Shown: positions 27,575 through 35,431 of the stretch, piece after piece | How the letters are laid out: each line of letters opens with the position of its first letter | How positions within the stretch are numbered: position 1 is the first letter of the stretch | Assembly (NCBI GenBank): GCA_045046875.1 | Contig: JASFYY010000091.1 | Coordinates: 1-46,021, forward strand | Origin: Verrucomicrobiota bacterium | GTDB lineage: Bacteria > Verrucomicrobiota > Verrucomicrobiia > Verrucomicrobiales > DEV007 | DNA length: 46,021 bases | Reading direction: 5' to 3' | Notes under the pieces: generated by a model | What the model was told of the DNA's origin: nothing | Database searches by the model: none | What the model saw: only the letters and a program-made list of their open reading frames with translations | Made by a program: the position numbers and the translations under genes

Positions 27575-28309
27575 ATGATGTCTGCTAGTCGTAAAAAATT
27601 CAAAGCGCCGCCCAAGAGGTTTCACCCCAAGGGACTGAACATCATTTATGAGGATCATGACATCCTCGTGGTGGATAAAATCAGCGGCCTATTGACAGTG
27701 AGCAATGATAAAGTGCGGGAACAGACGGCTTATTTTATGCTCAATGACTATGTACGTAAGGGAAACTCAAAATCAAACAGGCGCATATTCATCGTGCATC
27801 GTTTGGATCGTGATACTTCAGGCTTACTGGTTTTTGCTAAAAATGAAGAGGCCAAAATCTATCTTCAGGAGGAATGGCAGAACTTCAAAAAGAAATACTA
27901 CGCCGTGGTGTGTGGGCTTCCTCCCGAACCGCAGGGTGAAATTTCATCCTATCTTGCAGAAAATTCGGTATTCCGTATGTACTCGGTGAAGGATCCCGCA
28001 AAAGGCAAATTTGCCAAAACGGGTTACAAGGTTCTGAGAGAGGCAAATAAATACAGTTTGCTTGAAGTGGATCTCTATACCGGCAGAAAAAACCAAATCA
28101 GAGTGCACCTCGCCGATTTAGGTTGCCCGGTGGTAGGAGACAAAAAATATGGCGAAAAAGAAAAAGGCATCAAGCGACTTGCCTTGCATGCGTCGTCGCT
28201 GAGCATCAAACATCCTTTTTCTAAAGAACCGATGAGCTTTGAAACCAAAATTCCTGGTTATTTCAAATCATTGGTGAGCCAGAAAGAGGAGAGAGAAACA
28301 AGCAGTTAG
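27575..28309 (+). CDS. RluA-family RNA pseudouridine synthase
   Basis: IIYEDHDILVVDK.SGLL, VHRLDRDTSGLL, TGRKNQIRVHL, GCPVVGDKKYG and RLALHA. Confidence 0.93.
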   Translation: MMSASRKKFKAPPKRFHPKGLNIIYEDHDILVVDKISGLLTVSNDKVREQTAYFMLNDYVRKGNSKSNRRIFIVHRLDRDTSGLLVFAKNEEAKIYLQEEWQNFKKKYYAVVCGLPPEPQGEISSYLAENSVFRMYSVKDPAKGKFAKTGYKVLREANKYSLLEVDLYTGRKNQIRVHLADLGCPVVGDKKYGEKEKGIKRLALHASSLSIKHPFSKEPMSFETKIPGYFKSLVSQKEERETSS

Positions 28310-28342
28310 CCAAAGAAACACAGACTTTTCAGTCTGCCGTTT

Positions 28343-30049
28343 TCACTGCGCTGATCGGATCGCTTGGATCATGATGCTGACACTGACCCGGCCCCGGTAT
28401 TCGTTGCGGTCGATGGTATAAGCGATGTCCCACGGGGTGGGTGGTAGATCCAGGTCGGCGGCGTTGAAGTAGATGGCGTCACGGCTGCAGCCATCCTGGA
28501 TAAAAAGAAATTTGAGGTGTTTATCCTTAAGAATCCGCGGTTCGTTTTTGAGTTGTACTCCACGGGTGAAAAGAACGGGTTGCGGATTGCTTTTTCCAAA
28601 AGGTCGTAACAACTCATAACTGTCGAGCAACGACAAATCTATGTTTTCCAATCGTGCTTCAACATCAAGGCGGATTTTGTGGGTGAGAAATTCCTGGTCA
28701 CCCTTTCCCTGTTCCCCTACGTAGGCATTGAATTTTTTCCTGAAAGCATCAAGATTTTCTTTGCGCACGCTGAGCCCTGCCGCCTGATCATGACCGCCGC
28801 CGGCTTCCAGCAGATCCCTACAGTGATCAAGAGCCTTCACCAGTGAGATACCTTCTACACTACGTCCGCTGCCTTTACCGATGCCCTGCGCATCACAGGC
28901 AATGACAAAAGTCGGCAAGTGATATTTTCTCATCAATCGGCTGGCGACGATACCAACCACGCCCGGGTGCCAATCATCGCCTGCGACCACCAAGGCAAAT
29001 TCTTTTTCTTCTGCCGACAGGCTTTCAATCTGAGCTTCAGCCTGGTCCCGTGCTTTCTGTTCCAAAGTCTGGCGCTCGCGGTTGAGACTGTCCAGATGCC
29101 TGGCCAGATTCATACATTCCTCCGCATCAGAAGATAACAGCAAATCGAGCGCATCGTGAGCTGTATTAACTCGCCCGGCCGCATTGAGACGAGGGCCGAT
29201 TTTAAATCCTACATCGACCGCATCACAGGGCGGACGCAGACCCGACACCGTTTTCAAAGCCTTCAGCCCTTGATTCTCAGTGCGATCCAATTGTTGCAAA
29301 CCACGCCTCACCAGAATTCTATTTTCATCCACCAGTGGCACGATGTCGGCCACAGTGCCGAGCGCAACCAGATCAAGGTGCTGGCGCAAATCAAACCCCC
29401 CTTCCACCGGACGTGCCTTGAGCAAGGCGTGGGCGACTTTGAACACCACTCCGGCGGTGCAGAGGTAGTGATAGTCTTCCCCTAGCTTAGGATTAACGAT
29501 AGAAACACAGTCCGCAACACCTTCGCGCGACGGTTCATGATGGTCGAGCACCAGCAAGTCGATGTTGTGCTCCCGTAGCCAGTCGGCTTCGTCACGGGAA
29601 TTGGTGCCGCAGTCGGCCGCGATCAGCAGCGCGGCTTGGGTGCCTTCGATGGCTTTTTGTATGCCCCCGATCGACAGGCCGTAACCTTCGGAAAGCCGCT
29701 GTGGAAGAAAGGTCTTGGTCTTAAGACCATAAGCTGACAATACCAGCGTCAATAAAGCAGTGGAGCTGACACCATCCACGTCATAATCGCCATAGAGCAC
29801 CACCTCTTCATCCGCATCGACGGCTTGCAACAACCGATCGATGGTAGCCTGCATGCCAGGCATATCAAAAGGGTCACCTAGATCCTGCAAACGAGGATGA
29901 AGGAATTTTGCCAGCTCATCCGTTTGATCAAAACCCCGCTGCATCGCCAACTGAATAGCCAGCGGACTGAGTTCAAACTCTGTTGCCAAAGCCTGCACAC
30001 GGTCAGCTTCAGGCACTTCGGCTAACAGCCATTTGGACTCGCTTGTCAT
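28343..30049 (-). CDS. recJ: Single-stranded-DNA-specific exonuclease RecJ
   Basis: YGDYDVDG, EGYGL, DCG, DHH, GPRLNAAGR, WHPGVVGIVASR, GSGRS and GGH..AAG. Confidence 0.96.
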   Translation of the reverse strand: MTSESKWLLAEVPEADRVQALATEFELSPLAIQLAMQRGFDQTDELAKFLHPRLQDLGDPFDMPGMQATIDRLLQAVDADEEVVLYGDYDVDGVSSTALLTLVLSAYGLKTKTFLPQRLSEGYGLSIGGIQKAIEGTQAALLIAADCGTNSRDEADWLREHNIDLLVLDHHEPSREGVADCVSIVNPKLGEDYHYLCTAGVVFKVAHALLKARPVEGGFDLRQHLDLVALGTVADIVPLVDENRILVRRGLQQLDRTENQGLKALKTVSGLRPPCDAVDVGFKIGPRLNAAGRVNTAHDALDLLLSSDAEECMNLARHLDSLNRERQTLEQKARDQAEAQIESLSAEEKEFALVVAGDDWHPGVVGIVASRLMRKYHLPTFVIACDAQGIGKGSGRSVEGISLVKALDHCRDLLEAGGGHDQAAGLSVRKENLDAFRKKFNAYVGEQGKGDQEFLTHKIRLDVEARLENIDLSLLDSYELLRPFGKSNPQPVLFTRGVQLKNEPRILKDKHLKFLFIQDGCSRDAIYFNAADLDLPPTPWDIAYTIDRNEYRGRVSVSIMIQAIRSAQ

Positions 30050-30201
30050 TTATGAGCCTATCATAGAGGACTGAGACACGAAGTAAAGATAAGCACCACG
30101 GAAAAAGAATATTTCCTCCCCAAAATGGGGTCAGGCAACAATTCTTGACAAATCGCAAGTATATATCACTTGAGTAATATAGAAAACAGACCGCTAGCGT
30201 G

Positions 30202-31770
30202 CTAAATAGTCCCCTCGGCGGCCGCTGCGGATTTGTCTATACCGCCACTTTGTTCTTCAAGAGCTGAGACCCGATTGACGGCATTGAGGTAAGCACGCGC
30301 GCTGGCTTCGATGACATCGGTGCTGGCACCTTTTCCTGAGATAAGGTTGCCATCGCCGAAATCGACTTTCAAGCTGACTTCCCCCAAAGCGTCCTTGCCT
30401 CCGGAAGTGGCACTGACATTGTATTCGACCAAGTGGCCGCGTTTTTTCAAAATACGGTCGATGGCCTTCATCGAAGCATCCACCGCACCGTTGCCTGGAC
30501 TGGAATCCTCAAGCGTCTCTTCGCCGCGTTTCAACTGCACCGTGGCAGTCGGTATCGCGGTGGTACCGGAGCTGACATGCAGATATTCAAGCGAATAGGA
30601 TTCCTTGACCGTGGTCAGGGAGTCATCCACCAAAGCGGCCAAATCATCGTCATAAACGAATTTTTTGCGATCACCGATATCTTTAAAACGACTGAAAATA
30701 TCATCGATCTCGGCATCGGTGAGGGTGTAGCTCAAAGCCTGCAAACGCAAAGCCACCGCGTGGCGGCCACTGTGTTTGGTCAATGGCAACTCGGTTTCAC
30801 CCCAGCCGATTTCCTTGGGATCCATGATCTCGTAGGTCTCTCGTTTTTTGATGATGCCGTCCTGATGAATGCCAGCTCCATGGGCAAAAGCATTCTCACC
30901 GACGATGGCTTTGTTGCGCTGCACCTGCAAACTGCACATGCGACTGACCAAACGCGAAGTTTTAACAATTTCCGAAACGTCGATGTCAGTATGCACATCG
31001 GCAAAAATATCAGAACGGGTTTTGATCGCCATGATCACTTCTTCCAAAGCCGCGTTGCCGGCACGTTCGCCGATGCCATTAATGGTGCCTTCGATCTGAC
31101 GCGCACCTGCCTGCACCGCGGCCAGGGAGTTGGCCACCGCCAAACCCAGGTCGTTGTGGCAGTGCACAGAAATAACCGCGTCGTCGATATTATTGACGTT
31201 GTCAAAAAGGTAACGGATCATGTCTGCGTATGTCTGTGGCACGGCAAATCCAACCGTATCCGGGATGTTGACCGTGGTGGCTCCGGCAGCGATCACTGCC
31301 TGAGTGACTTCGGCAAGGAACTCAGGTTCGGTGCGCGAAGCATCCTCGGGAGAAAACTCCACGTCCTGCACAAAACTCTTGGCATAAGTCACGCTTTCCA
31401 CCGCCAATCGCACAATTTCGTCATGGGCTTTTTTCAACTTATGCTCACGATGAATTTTTGAAGTAGCCAAAAATACGTGGATACGTCCTCGCTCAGCCGC
31501 AGGTTTGACCGCTGCTCCGGCCGCTTCGATATCCTTTTTGATACAACGAGCCAGACCAGCGATGATCGGGCCTTTAACTTCAGTGGCGATTTGTTCGACA
31601 GAGGAAAAATCGCCGTCACTGATCACTGGGAATCCGGCTTCGATCACGTCCACGTTCAGACAGGCGAGCTGACGAGCGACCTCCATTTTTTCGCGTGGAT
31701 CCATGGATGCGCCCGGGCATTGTTCGCCGTCGCGCAAGGTGGTATCAAATATGGTCAATCGGTCTGACAT
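30202..31770 (-). CDS. leuA: 2-isopropylmalate synthase
   Basis: DTTLRDGEQ, IEAGFP, PDTVG, HCHNDLG, GIGERAGN, GIHQDG and KHSGR, plus the C-terminal regulatory domain. Confidence 0.96.
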   Translation of the reverse strand: MSDRLTIFDTTLRDGEQCPGASMDPREKMEVARQLACLNVDVIEAGFPVISDGDFSSVEQIATEVKGPIIAGLARCIKKDIEAAGAAVKPAAERGRIHVFLATSKIHREHKLKKAHDEIVRLAVESVTYAKSFVQDVEFSPEDASRTEPEFLAEVTQAVIAAGATTVNIPDTVGFAVPQTYADMIRYLFDNVNNIDDAVISVHCHNDLGLAVANSLAAVQAGARQIEGTINGIGERAGNAALEEVIMAIKTRSDIFADVHTDIDVSEIVKTSRLVSRMCSLQVQRNKAIVGENAFAHGAGIHQDGIIKKRETYEIMDPKEIGWGETELPLTKHSGRHAVALRLQALSYTLTDAEIDDIFSRFKDIGDRKKFVYDDDLAALVDDSLTTVKESYSLEYLHVSSGTTAIPTATVQLKRGEETLEDSSPGNGAVDASMKAIDRILKKRGHLVEYNVSATSGGKDALGEVSLKVDFGDGNLISGKGASTDVIEASARAYLNAVNRVSALEEQSGGIDKSAAAAEGTI

Positions 31771-31818
31771 GGTAGTGTGGTGTTGGTATTAAAGGATTCG
31801 GGTAAATGTATTCGCTGT

Positions 31819-31860
31819 AAAATAAAAAATCGATTCTCTGCGTCCGTTGCAGGGAATCGA
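31819..31860 (-). terminator. Intrinsic terminator (attenuator) in the leuA leader
   Basis: Minus strand reads TCGATTCCCTGC-AACGGAC-GCAGAGAATCGA (11/12 bp) followed by TTTTTTATTTT. Confidence 0.8.
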
Positions 31861-31894
31861 ATAAGCGAACAAACTGCGAGGACAACAAAAGATA

Positions 31895-31966
31895 CTAGGC
31901 GGCAAGGCCTAGCTCCAGAAGGAGTAGCTTCAGCTTGAGAGCTGGAATGTGCTGTGTTGATCTCAT
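31895..31966 (-). CDS. Leu-rich leader peptide of leuA (MRSTQHIPALKLKLLLLELGLAA)
   Basis: 23-codon ORF with 8 Leu, including the run CTA CTC CTT CTG; lies upstream of a terminator and leuA; too short for the ORF track. Confidence 0.8.
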   Translation of the reverse strand: MRSTQHIPALKLKLLLLELGLAA

Positions 31967-32213
31967 CAGTTTCGAATTATGATAAGCGTAAAGGACTTCA
32001 ATAAAAAGTCGAGCGGAAAATTTGAGGGGGGCTGCGGTTGGGTGTAAGGCAAAATAGTTCGCACCAATGCTCTAGCAGCTTGCTTGCCGATGTTACGACA
32101 AAAAGGGATCAACCGCATGCTTCAAACGGGATGTCTATTTAATGAGGAGGAATTGTCCGATTACAGTAATTGTCTACTCTGCATTCGGTTGAAAAAATAC
32201 TCACTTAACCTCT

Positions 32214-32945
32214 TTACTTAGAAAAATGGATTTTCGCTTGCTTACCCTTTTTCCTTGTAGATTTTTTCAGTTGCTTCGGATCGGCAATTAAATATGCGAT
32301 TATAGCCTTTCTTTCAACCTCATCTTCTATGCTTTGAATGATCATATTGCTCCCTTTGAGATAAGCAGGAATATTGGCAAGAAACGCATTCAGTTCTTCT
32401 TCCGTCCAGATTTTGTCAGCATTTTTAAATACATCAGAGTATTTAAAGTTCTTTATCGAGCCTATTTTTCTCATGTGGATACCTGCTAGTGGAGGTCCGA
32501 CTTTGGGGCCGCCACCTTTCAGCGAATGACATATGCCACACTTCAATTTTGCCAGTTTTGCTCCTTCTGCTCTTTGCATCACCAGTGCCTCATGATGCTG
32601 AAAATCTTTGATGGCCCACACAATATTTGTAATCCCTAGCATCAAAATGACCAAAGGTACAAGCATGACCGGGGTTCTCAATGCGTATCGAATTTCAGGG
32701 GCTTTAAAATTTCGATTGCGAACTGCCAAAATGAAAGACAGCACTACACTGATAAAATATAGAATCACTCCCGGCCCGGCAAAGACCCAAAACACTGCGA
32801 TTATTGAAAGCGAATGAAGCAAGGTCAAAATTATGAAGCGGGCTTTTCCAGCACGGAAAGCGGTCGATGCTGGGTAGATCAAAGATTGCAGCAGCGTTAT
32901 AAACAGCATACCCAGCTCAAAGGGTTTAGACGTCGTTTTTTTCAT
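32214..32945 (-). CDS. Membrane-anchored monoheme cytochrome c (N-terminal TM domain plus c2-like domain)
   Basis: CGICH heme motif, KVGPPLAGI, FKYS, IWTEEELNAFL and distal Met in GSNM; several N-terminal TM helices. Confidence 0.85.
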   Translation of the reverse strand: MKKTTSKPFELGMLFITLLQSLIYPASTAFRAGKARFIILTLLHSLSIIAVFWVFAGPGVILYFISVVLSFILAVRNRNFKAPEIRYALRTPVMLVPLVILMLGITNIVWAIKDFQHHEALVMQRAEGAKLAKLKCGICHSLKGGGPKVGPPLAGIHMRKIGSIKNFKYSDVFKNADKIWTEEELNAFLANIPAYLKGSNMIIQSIEDEVERKAIIAYLIADPKQLKKSTRKKGKQAKIHFSK

Positions 32946-34494
32946 TTGATAGATGTTCAGCTAATCGAATGGAGAGCGCTACGATCAGCATTGTTGGTCC
33001 GGAAAAGCCGATTCTTGGAAATATGGAACTGCCGGAAACGTAAAGATTTCGCACGCCGTGTATTCTGCAATTTCTATCCACGACACCGTCTTGAGGATTA
33101 TTGCTCATTCTCGTTGTGCCTGTATGGTGGTTATGTCCGTCTACATTTTCATCAACATACTCCTTTGTCAGTTCGTTCAGACGGATTCTGCCGACTCCGG
33201 ACTTGATCAACACATTACTTACAATGCGTTGACCCACCTGAAATGTTCGGTAGTCAATGTCGTTCAGTTCCCAGTTGAGATCAGCCTTGCGAAGACCTAG
33301 TGCGTCCTTCTCATCCCTGAGCACAACCCGAGACCGAGGATTGGGAGATTGCGCTATACGATGATCCAGTACAAAATAACTTGGTTGATTAGCACCTCGT
33401 TTGACTTTATTTTTCACCCCTCTGACAAGCCCCCCCAAGTCGCTCAGGACATCTGAGGCAGAGCGAAGCATTTCAAGATCCAGTGGTTCCATAAAACGTT
33501 TGCTCAAGTTTTCTGCACCTTCAAACCCCTTATTGTCATACATAGACCGCAATCGACAGTAGTAGGGCAGGATGCCCTCTCTTTTCAAACAATCATTGCT
33601 TAGACTGATGAGTGAGCTTGAGCCATGTGTTGCCAATTTTCCTACGGTGAAAAAATCTGCCATCGAGTGGTCTGTGGGAAGCAATGAACTGGAATACAAA
33701 TGGGGATGCTCCATGAAATTCTGCCCTACGTGGCCGTAGTCGTTCCCTATACCATTTTTGCTAACATTATTAGAGAGCAGCAGAAGTCTTGCGTTTTCTA
33801 TGGCGTGGCATGCGAGCACATACTGTCCGGCCTTCAGCTTTGCCTTGAAGCCAGACAATGTGGCGACCGCCAGGCTTTCGACTTCAGCTCCATCCTGGCT
33901 AAGATTCACTTGCGTTAGATTCGCATTTAGCAATACATTTATATAAGGATTGGAGAGAATATCCTCTCGGTATTCTTTGGCGAATACGCGCACCTTGGCT
34001 CGCTGGAACACCTTAGTGCTTATATCCGGTGAGTGTTTTTCCAAAGAATTGCGATCCAATTTTAATTTCTGTCTTTGCCTCTCCGGATCCCAATCGTCCA
34101 CTTCCATGCCTAGCATTTTGGCGGCATGATTTACATAGGGCAATAGTTCAGCGTGGGAAACAGGCCAACCAGGCAAACCCAAATCGGGACGTGGTTCGTG
34201 GTCTTCAGGATCATTATTACGACAAACTCCGCCCCAATGGTTGGTGGTTCCCCCAAAGTAGCGGAGTCGGCACGACAATAAATCTTTATACGGCAAACCA
34301 ATATTTTCTCCGTGGTAAAGATACTGCGTTGTACCCTCCATTTCAAAGTTGCCGCTCTCAATCAGCGTTACTTTCTTCCCTTGACCAGCAAGTTGCAAGG
34401 CGAGTGTAATACCAGCCGCCCCAGCTCCCACAATGCACACATCACTAGGTGGTGTCGGAGGAAATCCCTTTGTACAGTCTATAAATTCTCCCAT
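32926..34494 (-). CDS. GMC-family FAD oxidoreductase
   Basis: VCIVGAGAAG FAD motif, FGGTTNHWGG, AIENARLLL.S, NFMEH, HHTGTTRM, GVVDRNC and NLYVSGSSIFP. Confidence 0.92.
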   Translation of the reverse strand: MGEFIDCTKGFPPTPPSDVCIVGAGAAGITLALQLAGQGKKVTLIESGNFEMEGTTQYLYHGENIGLPYKDLLSCRLRYFGGTTNHWGGVCRNNDPEDHEPRPDLGLPGWPVSHAELLPYVNHAAKMLGMEVDDWDPERQRQKLKLDRNSLEKHSPDISTKVFQRAKVRVFAKEYREDILSNPYINVLLNANLTQVNLSQDGAEVESLAVATLSGFKAKLKAGQYVLACHAIENARLLLLSNNVSKNGIGNDYGHVGQNFMEHPHLYSSSLLPTDHSMADFFTVGKLATHGSSSLISLSNDCLKREGILPYYCRLRSMYDNKGFEGAENLSKRFMEPLDLEMLRSASDVLSDLGGLVRGVKNKVKRGANQPSYFVLDHRIAQSPNPRSRVVLRDEKDALGLRKADLNWELNDIDYRTFQVGQRIVSNVLIKSGVGRIRLNELTKEYVDENVDGHNHHTGTTRMSNNPQDGVVDRNCRIHGVRNLYVSGSSIFPRIGFSGPTMLIVALSIRLAEHLSNEKNDV

Positions 34495-34507
34495 GCGTAT
34501 TAGTGGT

Positions 34508-34891
34508 TCAAATAATTTTATCCAGCTTCAGAACAACTGCGACTTCTGTGTGCGCCATGACTATGCCGTTTACATTACAAACCTTGTTGTTATCGTAATC
34601 CCAGGCTATCGACTTGTTGATCCCGTTTCCAAGAGTTGCCAAATCGATCGACTGGTCATTCAACGATTCAATCTTGCAGTTATTTACTATTTCCGTGGCC
34701 CCGGCTCCCAAATCCCCCTTAATCATCTGAGCAAGACTTGATATTGATTTTGCCATTGCGGGCGAAATCTTCAATTCGGAGCCTGCATAGGAGAAGCCCT
34801 TTTCGACGAACCCAGATACTGTGAGCGTTGCAAGCAAAGCTCCCGTTAACTTGATGAAATCCCTTCTTCCAATATTTTTACCTGGCATCAT
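34508..34891 (-). CDS. Small Tat-signal protein (putative dehydrogenase small subunit)
   Basis: GRRDFIKL twin-arginine motif plus hydrophobic h-region; ends 13 nt upstream of the GMC gene. Confidence 0.7.
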   Translation of the reverse strand: MMPGKNIGRRDFIKLTGALLATLTVSGFVEKGFSYAGSELKISPAMAKSISSLAQMIKGDLGAGATEIVNNCKIESLNDQSIDLATLGNGINKSIAWDYDNNKVCNVNGIVMAHTEVAVVLKLDKII

Positions 34892-35431
34892 TGAATCGCT
34901 TTAAGATATGTGAAAAGTTGGTATTTCTTTGATTATCATGTTCATAATTGTGGCCAGAATTTTCTGTTGTTAGGCTGATCATTTTTTAGTGACTATTTTT
35001 ACCACGATACTGTCATGGCATGGTTTTTGGCATTGATGAACCAGTCAGAGCATTACGAACAGACGCGCTTTGGTCGGGCGAAAGTGTAGCGTCATCAGCT
35101 TGTAAAGTTCCTCAATTTTCTTGAACACAAAATTCATACATCATCCCGGATAGGCAGACCTCTTCTCATTAGGTAATAGCCCTAAACATGAATTCATCAG
35201 GGTCTTTTTAGAAAAAACTTAATTCAGTGAAAATTACCGAATTAAACTTCGCTGGAAAACAGCTTACAAGGGGCCTGAGAGGCAAATATATAATGCAATA
35301 ACCCGATTGGCCGCTTTTTCACGGATCCTCGATCTTATCATAGGATTATCAGCACCCATTTTGCCTTTGGGCAGCGCCCTTCTTTTAGATCATGCCATCT
35401 AGGGTATAACTTTTTTTCACGGCTAATTCCT

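Noticed and set aside
28321..28336. CAGACT-N4-AGTCTG hairpin between convergent rluA and recJ
   Set aside because: A 6-bp stem without an adjacent U-tract is too weak to call as a terminator.
30433..31461. 342-aa + strand ORF antisense to leuA
   Set aside because: Shadow ORF on the opposite strand of a conserved gene; no recognisable motifs.
34892..35431. 540-nt spacer upstream of the GMC cassette
   Set aside because: Only short uninformative ORFs; no convincing repeats, tRNA or IS ends found by eye.
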